Assembly (NCBI GenBank): GCA_963787445.1
Contig: CAWBCT010000005.1
Location: forward strand, 384,001 to 448,000
Length of the DNA: 64,000 bases
Reading direction: 5' to 3'
Source: an uncultured archaeon
GTDB taxonomy: Archaea; Micrarchaeota; Micrarchaeia; Micrarchaeales; CABMGC01
A program made the translations under genes and the position numbers. Positions 49,274 through 58,264 of the stretch are shown piece by piece. The stretch's first letter is position 1, and each line of letters starts with the position of its first letter. The notes beneath the pieces are model-generated. The model saw only the letters and a program-made list of their open reading frames with translations, ran no database searches and was not told the DNA's origin.

Positions 49274-50524
49274 TTAGAAGTCCACCTTCACGCTCTCCCC
49301 TACCTTTGGCATTTCAGCATCGTAGCCCTCTGCCTGCAGCCAGTTCAGGAACTCCCCGCCTGCTTCTGGATCGCCGTGAACAAGGATCACCTTCTCCGGC
49401 TCCGAGCCCTTCACATACTGGTGAAGGTCCTCCTGGCCTGCGTGCGCGGAGAAGTCGTAGAACGCGAACGGCGTCCTAACGGAGAACTTGCGGCCGTCGA
49501 TGTTCAGAGGTTTCTCTTCAAGCAGCCTTCTCCCGTTCGTGTCCTCTGCCTGGTACCCGGTTAGGAAGATCATCGAGTGGCTGTTGAGCTTCTGTATGTA
49601 GTCTAGGACAGGGCCCCCGTTGAGCATCCCTGCCGTGGTTATGATTATGTTTCCGCCACGAAGCGCCTCGGCCCTGTCGCTGAGCTTGCCTATCTGCACC
49701 GTATTGCGCACGGCCTCCGCCAGCAGGTGTCCGTTCTTGACATACTGCGGATGCTTCATCACGATCTCGGTAGCCTTTCGGCACATCCCGTCCATGTAGG
49801 TGTTGCCGGAGAGCTTGTGCTTGTGCAGAAGGGCAAGAATCTCCTGAGACCTGCCGACCGCAAACGCGGGAATCAGCGCGACGCCGTTGTTCTCTATGAC
49901 CTCCTTTATCGTGTTTATGAACAGCTTAACGACACCCTCCTTCTCCGGGTGCTCGCGCCCGCCGTAGGTCGACTCTATGATGAGCGTGTTGCCCTTGATT
50001 ATCTCGGCGCCGTCGTGCAGCGTCTGCGGCTGGAGCTTGAAGTCGCCGGTGTAGACGATGCTCCTGTCGCTGTTCTGCTTCTCTATCTTCGTCACGGCGC
50101 TGCCCGGGATGTGCCCGGCGTCGTGGAAGCTTATGGTGTAGTCCTCGTAGTCGAAGCGGTCGTGGTACTGGTAGGTGTGGTAGTTCTGGGAGAAGAGGGT
50201 TGCCTCCTTCTTCGAGTAGTGGCTCTTGGTGCGGTTCAGCTTGTTTATCTTTATCGAGTCCTCGATGAGGAGCTCGGAGAGCCCGAGCGTCGGTTCTGTG
50301 CCGAATGCCGGAGGGACCCCGGTGCGGTAGAGTGCCGGAGCGTTGCCGCAGTGGTCCAGGTGCGCGTGGCTCAGTATAAAAGCGTCGACCTCGCCCGCAG
50401 GCAGAGGGTACTCCACATGCCCGTTTATCTTCAAACCGTAATCCAAAAGTATGTTCTTCTTGTCCTTCAGCAGGATTCCTGACCTGCCAACTTCGCTAGC
50501 CGCTCCTAAAAATCGTATTTCCAC
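49274..50524 (-). CDS. MBL-fold beta-CASP ribonuclease (aCPSF-like, no KH domains)
   Basis: EVGRS, SHAHLDH, AGHIPG, TGD, FSAHA, LVHG. Confidence 0.93.
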   Translation of the reverse strand: MEIRFLGAASEVGRSGILLKDKKNILLDYGLKINGHVEYPLPAGEVDAFILSHAHLDHCGNAPALYRTGVPPAFGTEPTLGLSELLIEDSIKINKLNRTKSHYSKKEATLFSQNYHTYQYHDRFDYEDYTISFHDAGHIPGSAVTKIEKQNSDRSIVYTGDFKLQPQTLHDGAEIIKGNTLIIESTYGGREHPEKEGVVKLFINTIKEVIENNGVALIPAFAVGRSQEILALLHKHKLSGNTYMDGMCRKATEIVMKHPQYVKNGHLLAEAVRNTVQIGKLSDRAEALRGGNIIITTAGMLNGGPVLDYIQKLNSHSMIFLTGYQAEDTNGRRLLEEKPLNIDGRKFSVRTPFAFYDFSAHAGQEDLHQYVKGSEPEKVILVHGDPEAGGEFLNWLQAEGYDAEMPKVGESVKVDF

Positions 50525-50593
50525 ATTATCACAACAATATCTTTCTATTTAATAGTCTTTTTATTTATTCTTATAGTATAAAAGAGTGATACC

Positions 50594-51292
50594 ATGGCGG
50601 ACGAAGTTAACTTTTTGGACATTGCAGTGCTTTTGAAGATCACACCCAACACGCCCCTAGAAAAGCTCGGCAGCCTGCTCAACGCGAGCATCTTCGACGC
50701 ATCCAACCTCGCAGGAACCCTGAAGCAGAAGAACCTGATAGAGTTCTCCGCCTATTATCCGGGACCGAACAGCATAACCGTGACCGAGACCGGCAAGGCC
50801 CTCATAGCAGATGCCGACGCAAAGAGCGCCCTGCCCTTCGACGCCCTCGACGACTCGATACTGAAGCAGCTCTCGGGCGGCAAGCGAGCCCCCGTGGAGC
50901 TCCAGAGCACCCTCAACCTTCACCCGAAGGACCTTGCGCTGAGGCTCTACAAGGTGAGCAAGCAGGGCTTCATAACCTACGAGCTCAAGAACGCCACTGT
51001 GGACCTCATGCTAACCGAGAAGGGCTTCCTAAGGGCGAAGGGAGGCACAGACCAGATGGCAACACCCGGCGCCCCACCGGCACCTATGGCACCACCGTCC
51101 ACCGCCCCGATGCAGCAAGCGGCAACCACACCAATGCAGCCTCCACTCCAGCCGGGAACACCACAACCAGCAACCCCTCCAGTTCCGCCGGCACTGCATG
51201 GCAAGCCGATGAACAGGAAGATAATAGTCATATTCGTGGTTCTTATCGTGATCCTCGCCCTGGCCTACGTGCTTATACATTACGCCCTCTAG
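50594..51292 (+). CDS. tandem winged-helix-like protein with Pro-rich linker and C-terminal TM anchor
   Basis: two wHTH-like repeats ending TETG and TEKG; P/Q/A-rich linker; hydrophobic tail. Confidence 0.7.
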   Translation: MADEVNFLDIAVLLKITPNTPLEKLGSLLNASIFDASNLAGTLKQKNLIEFSAYYPGPNSITVTETGKALIADADAKSALPFDALDDSILKQLSGGKRAPVELQSTLNLHPKDLALRLYKVSKQGFITYELKNATVDLMLTEKGFLRAKGGTDQMATPGAPPAPMAPPSTAPMQQAATTPMQPPLQPGTPQPATPPVPPALHGKPMNRKIIVIFVVLIVILALAYVLIHYAL

Positions 51293-51300
51293 GAGTGAAC

Positions 51301-51915
51301 ATGCAAACGGAATATTTTAAGGGCAAGGCGCTTCTCGACAAGTACGGCATAAAGAGCATCCCAAGCTCCTATGTGGAAAGCGCGGAGTCGGCCGTAGGGT
51401 TCTCAAAGGGGCATCCGATAGTCCTGAAGGTCATCTCTGAGAAAGCACTACACAAGTCAAAGGCCGGCGTCGTTAAGGTCGGCATTGCAACGCCCGCCGA
51501 GATAAAGTCCGCCTACAGGGAGCTCGAGGCAAAGGCGCAGAAACTGAAGCCCTACAAGATACTCGCCCAGCGCCTGTCGAAAGGGGGCATCGAGATAATA
51601 CTCGGCGGCAGGAGCGACCCCCAATTCGGGATGCTGGTGCTGCTAGGCCTCGGCGGGATATACGTGGAGACGTTCAGGGACTTCGCGCTGCGCACCTGCC
51701 CCATAACAAGGTATGACGCGGAGCAGATGATTGAGCAGCTCAGATCGCGCAACCTGGTGACCTACAAAGGCGCAGCCTCCAAGATGCTCGTAGAGCTTCT
51801 CCTCAAGGTGTCAAAGATGCTTAATGATAATCCAGAGATAAAGGAGCTCGACCTGAACCCGGCATTCATCCGGGAGAGCGACTACGACGTGGTCGACATA
51901 AGGATCCTGAGGTAA
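51301..51915 (+). CDS. acdB: ADP-forming acyl-CoA synthetase beta subunit (ATP-grasp)
   Basis: HKSKAGVV, DPQFG, GLGGIYVE, ELDLNP. Confidence 0.92.
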   Translation: MQTEYFKGKALLDKYGIKSIPSSYVESAESAVGFSKGHPIVLKVISEKALHKSKAGVVKVGIATPAEIKSAYRELEAKAQKLKPYKILAQRLSKGGIEIILGGRSDPQFGMLVLLGLGGIYVETFRDFALRTCPITRYDAEQMIEQLRSRNLVTYKGAASKMLVELLLKVSKMLNDNPEIKELDLNPAFIRESDYDVVDIRILR

Positions 51916-51919
51916 TGCC

Positions 51920-53314
51920 ATGGAAAAAATCCGCAAACCGCTCGATATAAGAATGATGTTCAAGCCAAGGCGCATTGCGATAATAGGCGCATCCAGGGAT
52001 CCCGAAAAGGTCGGGCACATAATACTCCAGAACTACATCAATGGCGGCTATGACGGCAAGCTCTATCCTGTGAACAAGAACGCAGACAAGATAATGGGCC
52101 TGAAGGCGTACCCTAGCGTCCTTGACATAAAAGAGCAGGTTGACCTGGCGGTCATCGCCATACCCGCGCCCCTTGTTCCCGAAGCGATCGAGGAGTGCGG
52201 CAAGGCGGGGATAAAGACCGCGATAGTGATAAGCGGCGGCTTCTCCGAGATCGGCAACGTTGACCTTCAGGAGAAGATGGTTGCCGTGGCGAACAAGTAC
52301 GGGATAGCCCTGTTGGGCCCCAACTGCCTCGGGGTGATGGACCCGAGGTCCAGGGTGGACACGCTGTTCCTCCCCTCCTACAAACTGAGCAGGTCGCCGG
52401 TTGGTGGAGTGAGTTTCGTGGCCCAAAGCGGCGCCGTCGGAAGCACCGTGCTCGATCTAATCTCCCAGGAAGGGTTCGGGCTCTCAAAGTTCATCTCCTA
52501 CGGCAACGCCGCCCAGGTGGACGAGGTTGACATACTGCACTACCTGATGAATGACCCGGAAACAAAAGTAATCGTCATGTACATTGAGGGGATAAAGCGC
52601 GGCAAGGCATTCATAGAGCTCGCACGGCAGATAACCAGGATCAAGCCCGTGGTGGTGCTCAAGGCCGGGCGCACAGAGGCAGGCGCATCCGCGGCGCTCT
52701 CCCACACCGCCTCTCTGGCGGGCAGCTACGAGGCCTACGAAGCGGTGTTCAGGCAGTTCGGCTTCACCATAGCCAGCGACATAAGCGACCTGATATATTT
52801 CTCTAAGATATTCTCCACAGAACCGGCACCGAAGGGCAACCGGGTTGGAATAATAACAAACGGCGGCGGCACCGGGGTCCTCACCGCAGACGCGATAGCA
52901 GGCTACAGCGACTTCGTGCTCGGGGAGTTCAGCAAGTCAACGGCCGATACGCTCAGGAAGGAGATGCCTCCGCTTGTAAACATCAGGAATCCGCTTGACC
53001 TTGCCGGAGACGCCGACAGGAAGAGATACGGCGATGCACTTACAAACCTGGCAAACGACCCCAAAATAGACATACTGGTGGTGATAGTGCTCTTCCAGAC
53101 CCCCGGGGCGGACTCAACGCTCGCGGCAGAGGTCATAGGCATCAAGCAAAGCCTTGACAAGCCGATGATCGTCATCAGCATGGGCTCCTCCTACACCGAG
53201 ATGCACAAGATAATGATGGAGAGTGCAGGAGTGCCGGTCTTTGACTCGCCGGCGGCCGCGGCCAAGGCGCTCGACGGGCTGTACCTCTATTGGAAGTACC
53301 GCAGGGCTCACTGA
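51920..53314 (+). CDS. acdA: ADP-forming acyl-CoA synthetase alpha subunit
   Basis: IIGAS, GPNCLG, QSGA, SHTASLAG, NPLDL. Confidence 0.94.
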   Translation: MEKIRKPLDIRMMFKPRRIAIIGASRDPEKVGHIILQNYINGGYDGKLYPVNKNADKIMGLKAYPSVLDIKEQVDLAVIAIPAPLVPEAIEECGKAGIKTAIVISGGFSEIGNVDLQEKMVAVANKYGIALLGPNCLGVMDPRSRVDTLFLPSYKLSRSPVGGVSFVAQSGAVGSTVLDLISQEGFGLSKFISYGNAAQVDEVDILHYLMNDPETKVIVMYIEGIKRGKAFIELARQITRIKPVVVLKAGRTEAGASAALSHTASLAGSYEAYEAVFRQFGFTIASDISDLIYFSKIFSTEPAPKGNRVGIITNGGGTGVLTADAIAGYSDFVLGEFSKSTADTLRKEMPPLVNIRNPLDLAGDADRKRYGDALTNLANDPKIDILVVIVLFQTPGADSTLAAEVIGIKQSLDKPMIVISMGSSYTEMHKIMMESAGVPVFDSPAAAAKALDGLYLYWKYRRAH

Positions 53315-54525
53315 TCAGAAAATAGTTCCTGCAACGCGTTCTTCACCGCCGTCTCCTTCTTCTCATCAGAGCTTAGAATCTCAAACAACTTTGAGGGACC
53401 CACCCTGAGCGCGTAGCCGTCCTTCTTTATCTTATCCAAGAATATTCCCAAACCGTAATCGCGCACCGAGAGATTGCCAACCATCCCATCCTGAACCGCC
53501 TTTATCTCTGTCTTAGACACCGAATCCTCAACCTTCTCCTTTGAAATGTCGACTATCGCATCGGGGTAAACGCTCGCTGCATCTCCCAGAAAGATATCGG
53601 AGCGCCTGAACCCCTTCTTTACCTCCCCGCTCACATCAACCTTTATAACGCACCTCTCTTTTCCGCTGTTGCTTTCTATAACCGCCCTAATCTTCTTATC
53701 TATCATCTCCTTGCACTGCGCTGGTTCCATGCCGCTTATATCTATCTTCAGCAATCTGAACGGCCTTGACTTTATTTTATGGAATGCATACTTCCCAGTT
53801 TCAGTGTCAAAGACGTAGAACCCCTTTCCATCCTGCTCGCTTTCCCTCAACTGCGTAATAACAGTGCTTCCTGGTATCAGGAATGGCTTCCCATGGCAGG
53901 TGTCCTCAACCCTGCTGTGGATGTGTCCATCAACGTACAGATCAAAACCCTTCGGGAGCTCATCCATCTTCGCAAACTCCTTGCTGTAGGGGAGCAGTTC
54001 GTACAGCGTCTGGTGGAACATGAAGATGTTGAAGGCGTCTTTCTCTGGCTTGAAGTCGGTTTGTGCTATAATGTCTTTAAATCGTTCATCCGCCACGCCG
54101 CCAATCCCAAAGACCGCTACTCTCTCAACCCTGGCCCCTCTCTTTTCCACAACAGCCTTGCACCTGTTCACGCTTACGGCCAGTCCTGCCAGGGAAAGAA
54201 GGTCCACGGAGTCGACTGCGAGCTCCGAGCGCCGCTCATGTGTCCCAGGTATTACTATTATCGGTTTGTCAGTGTAGATCTGACCCTTCCCATCAAACTC
54301 GACAACCTTCCCGCCGAATTCGTGCCTGGAGAGATCCCTAAAAAGGTTTATCGCCTCCGCGATCGTTTCCGGCTTCGGATGCCTGAAATCAAAAATGTCC
54401 CCGGGAACTATGATCATGTCTGAAAGCCCCGCAGCAGTCTCTAGGGCCTCCCGTGCCTGCACGTAGGCATCTTCTATGAATCGTTCGTAGCCAAGATGGA
54501 GGTCACTCACTATCGCAACTTTCAA
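53308..54525 (-). CDS. mre11: Mre11/SbcD-family nuclease
   Basis: SDLHLG, GDIFD, GTHE, FHQ, DGHIH. Confidence 0.9.
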   Translation of the reverse strand: MKVAIVSDLHLGYERFIEDAYVQAREALETAAGLSDMIIVPGDIFDFRHPKPETIAEAINLFRDLSRHEFGGKVVEFDGKGQIYTDKPIIVIPGTHERRSELAVDSVDLLSLAGLAVSVNRCKAVVEKRGARVERVAVFGIGGVADERFKDIIAQTDFKPEKDAFNIFMFHQTLYELLPYSKEFAKMDELPKGFDLYVDGHIHSRVEDTCHGKPFLIPGSTVITQLRESEQDGKGFYVFDTETGKYAFHKIKSRPFRLLKIDISGMEPAQCKEMIDKKIRAVIESNSGKERCVIKVDVSGEVKKGFRRSDIFLGDAASVYPDAIVDISKEKVEDSVSKTEIKAVQDGMVGNLSVRDYGLGIFLDKIKKDGYALRVGPSKLFEILSSDEKKETAVKNALQELFSDQ

Positions 54526-54574
54526 GACACCACGCTGCTAATAATTGCCTGCCAAGTTATTTATTCTGTGCATC

Positions 54575-55447
54575 TCAGTGCGCCAGGATTGAGAACAGGA
54601 GGTTTCCATAGGCGAGGGAGATGGCCAGCCCAACAAAGATAAATGCGGCAAGCGGCACGGCATTTTTGTATACTGGGATAAGTTTTCTCTCAGATTTCAG
54701 GTCCGTAAGAAGCCGGCGCGTCACGAGCCTGCCAAAGGCCTTGGATTTTTTATTGAAGTAGTTCACCTCGGATTTTTTCATGAGGTTCGTTGCGATCATG
54801 TCTCCCGGCGTGATGCTCTTCGGGAAAACCAACGCGACCATCCTGCAGTTTATTTTTCGCTCAAACACGATTAGGATTCCAGACGGGACCGCAAGGAGCA
54901 GTAGCAGGACAGTGCCGACGAGCGTCACCCCCACAAGGAGGTACAGAGCCACTATCAACAGCGCGTACAGCACGATGATCGCCATCCCCATCGCCATCTT
55001 CCTGCTTTCCAAGCAGAAGTTTTTCTCAAGCGGACTTGGCTTCACAAACACGAGGTAGTAAATCACAACGCCGATCAGCGAGGCGTAGCCCGACGCCACG
55101 AACACCGAAAGTATGAACGGCAGTGCCGGCTGTAAAGCCGCTCCAAGAAAAGGAGCCGGCTGCAACGGGATTATCAAGGTTATTATGGCTGCGAGGAAAA
55201 CGTCGCCGGCGCCAAGAACGCCCGACCTGTAAAGCAGGTAGCCGCCGGCACAGATTGCAATTGCGGTGGTCACTGCAACATCAAATGCGAAACCAGAGTA
55301 GGTGAACGCTAAAAGCACAGCCAGGGCCAGGCTTGCATAGGCAAAAATGTCAGGAATCTCGCGATTGTTGAAAATGTCAAGAGCCGCGTACACAAACGCT
55401 ATCGCCAGTACGGCGACAACGCGGACACTCTCCAGATCCCAAAACAT
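54575..55447 (-). CDS. A24 prepilin/prearchaellin peptidase-like protein
   Basis: multi-TM; LDIFNNREIPD and GAGD aspartates; C-terminal P..AFI. Confidence 0.75.
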   Translation of the reverse strand: MFWDLESVRVVAVLAIAFVYAALDIFNNREIPDIFAYASLALAVLLAFTYSGFAFDVAVTTAIAICAGGYLLYRSGVLGAGDVFLAAIITLIIPLQPAPFLGAALQPALPFILSVFVASGYASLIGVVIYYLVFVKPSPLEKNFCLESRKMAMGMAIIVLYALLIVALYLLVGVTLVGTVLLLLLAVPSGILIVFERKINCRMVALVFPKSITPGDMIATNLMKKSEVNYFNKKSKAFGRLVTRRLLTDLKSERKLIPVYKNAVPLAAFIFVGLAISLAYGNLLFSILAH

Positions 55448-55526
55448 GAACACACGAATACGGGTTTGTAGAAAAAGCTTAAATATCTTGTCTAGAAATG
55501 TGATAGTGATAGTAACTAGGTTCGAA

Positions 55527-55668
55527 GCATGCAAAACTTGAAGCTGTGGGATACGAAGAGGCACATAGCCTTGAAGGTAGCTTCCGCAATTAATAAGTTT
55601 TGCATGTATGGATTGGTTCTGCCATCTGCATAAGAGCGTAACTCTCTTTTTTTCGGTGCTCGTATGCA
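55527..55668 (+). promoter_or_regulatory. structured 5' leader (candidate cis-regulatory RNA) of the wHTH gene
   Basis: 12-bp IR 55528-55539/55595-55606; nested GAAGCTG/TAGCTTC; hairpin plus T7; alternative stem covering the ATG. Confidence 0.45.
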
Positions 55669-56029
55669 AGTGGCTAAACTATTAGTTAGAAGTGCAAATG
55701 TTGCTCAGCTGGAGCAGGAGCTAAGTGAGAAGGAGCTTCTCCTGCTTTCGGAGATAGGACTTGACCAGATCCCATCCGCGAGCAGCTTCGTCTCATACGT
55801 AGCCGAGCAGTACGGTCTGTCGCAGAGCGGTGTCTGGTACATACTGAAGAAACTCAAGCAGAAGAGGGTGGTGGATTTCACGGAGAAGGGTGAGGGGCAG
55901 AAACCCCTCACTCTCACAGAGTTAGGCGTCAGGGCGTTCCGTCAGCAGCGGAGCGGCCCGACCTACGCACCAGCGCCAGCCCAGCAGAGGAACGCCGTAG
56001 GGCACACGGTGCTGCCTGGATTATACTAA
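55664..56029 (+). CDS. winged-helix DNA-binding protein
   Basis: SQSGVWYILKKLKQK HTH; LTLTELG wing; GGTG SD. Confidence 0.75.
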   Translation: MQVAKLLVRSANVAQLEQELSEKELLLLSEIGLDQIPSASSFVSYVAEQYGLSQSGVWYILKKLKQKRVVDFTEKGEGQKPLTLTELGVRAFRQQRSGPTYAPAPAQQRNAVGHTVLPGLY

Positions 56030-56039
56030 GGTGGGAAAA

Positions 56040-56255
56040 ATGGAAACAAAAACAACGAGACAAAAAAGGCCGGGGAATGCAGTTGCAGCAGAACCGCGTG
56101 GTGTTACCGAAGTCTTGCGTAGGTCCATGCCTCCTAAAGGGGCGGCATCCGAAACAAACACCGAAACAATCCCGGATAGTGTGCTTATTAGTGGCTCCTT
56201 AGACTCTTCGAGCCTTTTCCTCATGCTCCGCCTGGGAAATAGATTTGGTGGTTAA
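56040..56255 (+). CDS. possible small disordered protein
   Basis: AAGGTG SD before ATG 56040; no motif. Confidence 0.3.
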   Translation: METKTTRQKRPGNAVAAEPRGVTEVLRRSMPPKGAASETNTETIPDSVLISGSLDSSSLFLMLRLGNRFGG

Positions 56256-56264
56256 AAATCAAGA

Positions 56265-56579
56265 CTAATGGGCAATCGCAGCCTCAATACCAAGGAGCAG
56301 CCTCTTAGTAGGTATGCCGAGCCCGAAGCCCCCAATCCCACCAGACGCGACAACGCGGTGGCATGGAATCAATATTGGAAATGGGTTTGCGTGCAGGGCA
56401 TTGCCTACCGCTCGCTGCGCGTTGGGTCTTCCAACATAGCGAGCCATTTGTGAGTAGGTCCAGGTCTCTCCAGGTTTTATGTCTAGGAGCGACATTATCA
56501 CGTCTATCTGAAACTTTGTAAGACCTTTGGCGCGTAGAAGCCTTGCCATTGCACGCGCATACAATGTTTTATTTTTCAC
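56265..56579 (-). CDS. ogt: methylated-DNA--protein-cysteine methyltransferase (C-terminal domain only)
   Basis: RAVGNAL..NP, IPCHRVV active-site motif. Confidence 0.88.
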   Translation of the reverse strand: MKNKTLYARAMARLLRAKGLTKFQIDVIMSLLDIKPGETWTYSQMARYVGRPNAQRAVGNALHANPFPILIPCHRVVASGGIGGFGLGIPTKRLLLGIEAAIAH

Positions 56580-57157
56580 TCGGACACCTTACTTATTTTC
56601 TTTATAACCCTACTTAATTTATCCCTTAGCGCCTCAAGCGTGCCCGTATTTGATACCCTGTAATCCGCCTGCTTCATCACCGTCGCAAGGCCGAACTTCT
56701 CCTCGCCCTTATCCGCCATAAACCCCCTCCTGTTCCTCGCCTCAAGCCACCTAAAGTCCTCCACTGTTTTGGGATCCTCTGGCTTGTTCCTGGCCCGCAT
56801 GCGTTCAAATCTAAGGCTGAGCGGCGCCGTCAAGGCAACCACGACAATTTTGTCCTTCGCGTTCTTCTTAAGGTGGTCTATCTCGTAGGTGCTTCTAACC
56901 CCCATTATGACCACCTTCTTCATCGACGGATCTATGCGCTCAAGGGCGTACCTTGCGTACACGTCCTTGCCTTCCCTAAGACGCAGTTGAAGCGTGAACT
57001 CTCTCCCGGCCTTCATGTCCTCCTTGGGAATCTTCGCCTTAACAAGCAGCTCCCTCCAGATGTCTCCCAGCTCTATTATCTGGAATCCCTCTTCGCGCAG
57101 CATATCCGCAGCCACCGCCTTCCCGCAGCCCTGCAATCCGACAACAACCAAGATCAT
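56576..57157 (-). CDS. P-loop nucleotide kinase (UPF0200/dephospho-CoA-kinase-like)
   Basis: VVGLQGCGK, GVRS..E, RFERM. Confidence 0.75.
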   Translation of the reverse strand: MILVVVGLQGCGKAVAADMLREEGFQIIELGDIWRELLVKAKIPKEDMKAGREFTLQLRLREGKDVYARYALERIDPSMKKVVIMGVRSTYEIDHLKKNAKDKIVVVALTAPLSLRFERMRARNKPEDPKTVEDFRWLEARNRRGFMADKGEEKFGLATVMKQADYRVSNTGTLEALRDKLSRVIKKISKVSE

Positions 57158-57165
57158 CTCATCGC

Positions 57166-57495
57166 CTAGTGTATCCTGCTCCCGTTGGCGAGCTCTTTGT
57201 CGGGGCCAAGCAGGGAAAGGTTCCCCTCGTCCTCAGCGGCCAGCACCATGCCCTGCGAGGCGATGCCCGCAATGCTCTTCGGATCCAGGTTGACAACGCA
57301 GGCGATCTGCCTGCCAAGAAGCTCTTCCCGGGAGTACCTGTCCTTTATCCCAGCAACCACCGTCCTTAGGCCCACCTCGGGCCCGAAGTCTAGGGTGAGT
57401 TTGTAGAGCGGCTTCCTGGCTCCTTCCACGTCCTCCACGTTGGTTATCCTGCCCACTCTCAGTTCCAGCCTAGCAAAATCGTCAATGGTTGCCAA
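57166..57495 (-). CDS. stand-alone tRNA-binding OB protein (Trbp111/CsaA/MetRS C-terminal-like)
   Basis: DFARLELRVG, VVAGI, VVNL.P, SQGMVLAA. Confidence 0.92.
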   Translation of the reverse strand: MATIDDFARLELRVGRITNVEDVEGARKPLYKLTLDFGPEVGLRTVVAGIKDRYSREELLGRQIACVVNLDPKSIAGIASQGMVLAAEDEGNLSLLGPDKELANGSRIH

Positions 57496-57560
57496 TGAAC
57501 TCCCTCCAAAACACCAAGCTTTATCCCCTAAAATCTAAATGTTGTTGCCCAAACGCGGCA

Positions 57561-58136
57561 TCATTTCAAAACAGCCCTTACGACCCCATCCACGGTCGTT
57601 GTGTTAAGCAGCTCCCCGGGCCTGTAGATCCTGTTTTGCAGGAGCAGGTTGTAGGGCATCCCTGTCTTTGTGTCGATCACCACGTGCCTTAGGTTGGTCC
57701 CGAAGAGGTCAACCTCCGTAATCTTGCAGGGGATAATGCCGTGAACGTACTCCACAAAGCGGAGCAGCTCCTTGTGTCCGTTCTGCAGGCCGATGGCACG
57801 CAGCTCCAGGTTGTGCTTTCTGCTGCTCGGGAAGAGCTTCTGGAGGGAGGTGCGCAGGCTCTTCGGCATGACGTCCTTCACCCTGACGGCAGCGATCGCA
57901 GGCGAGTTTACATCATAAATTGTCAGAAGAAGGTCAAAGGCGAGGTTCTTCACCGCCAGGTATCTGGACTGCTCGGAATATCCCTGGAAGAGCTGCTCGC
58001 CGGGCTGCACCCAGGCGTTCCTGCCCTCTATGCTCGCGAGCGAGCAGTTGTGCCTCTCCCCGCTGCTCAGCCTGAGCTCCTGCAGGCCCAGATTGGCATG
58101 CAAAAGCTCCTTTTGGAAGGTGTTCCAGAGGTCCAT
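57561..58136 (-). CDS. hypothetical protein
   Basis: long ORF with host-like codon usage, divergent from the DEAD-box gene. Confidence 0.6.
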   Translation of the reverse strand: MDLWNTFQKELLHANLGLQELRLSSGERHNCSLASIEGRNAWVQPGEQLFQGYSEQSRYLAVKNLAFDLLLTIYDVNSPAIAAVRVKDVMPKSLRTSLQKLFPSSRKHNLELRAIGLQNGHKELLRFVEYVHGIIPCKITEVDLFGTNLRHVVIDTKTGMPYNLLLQNRIYRPGELLNTTTVDGVVRAVLK

Positions 58137-58264
58137 GATTACACGACAAACAAGCGACAATACGATTGCCCTCAAAAGCTTAATATATCTTGATATCCAT
58201 AAGTAATACAGAGAATAAGAGCACCGCAAGGCGTTCCAAAACTTCTTTTAATTACGGTGTTGAA

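Noticed and set aside
56060-56220. RNase P or SRP RNA
   Set aside because: The conserved GAGGAAAGUCC and CR-V motifs and the SRP helix 8 motif were not found; the region is too short.
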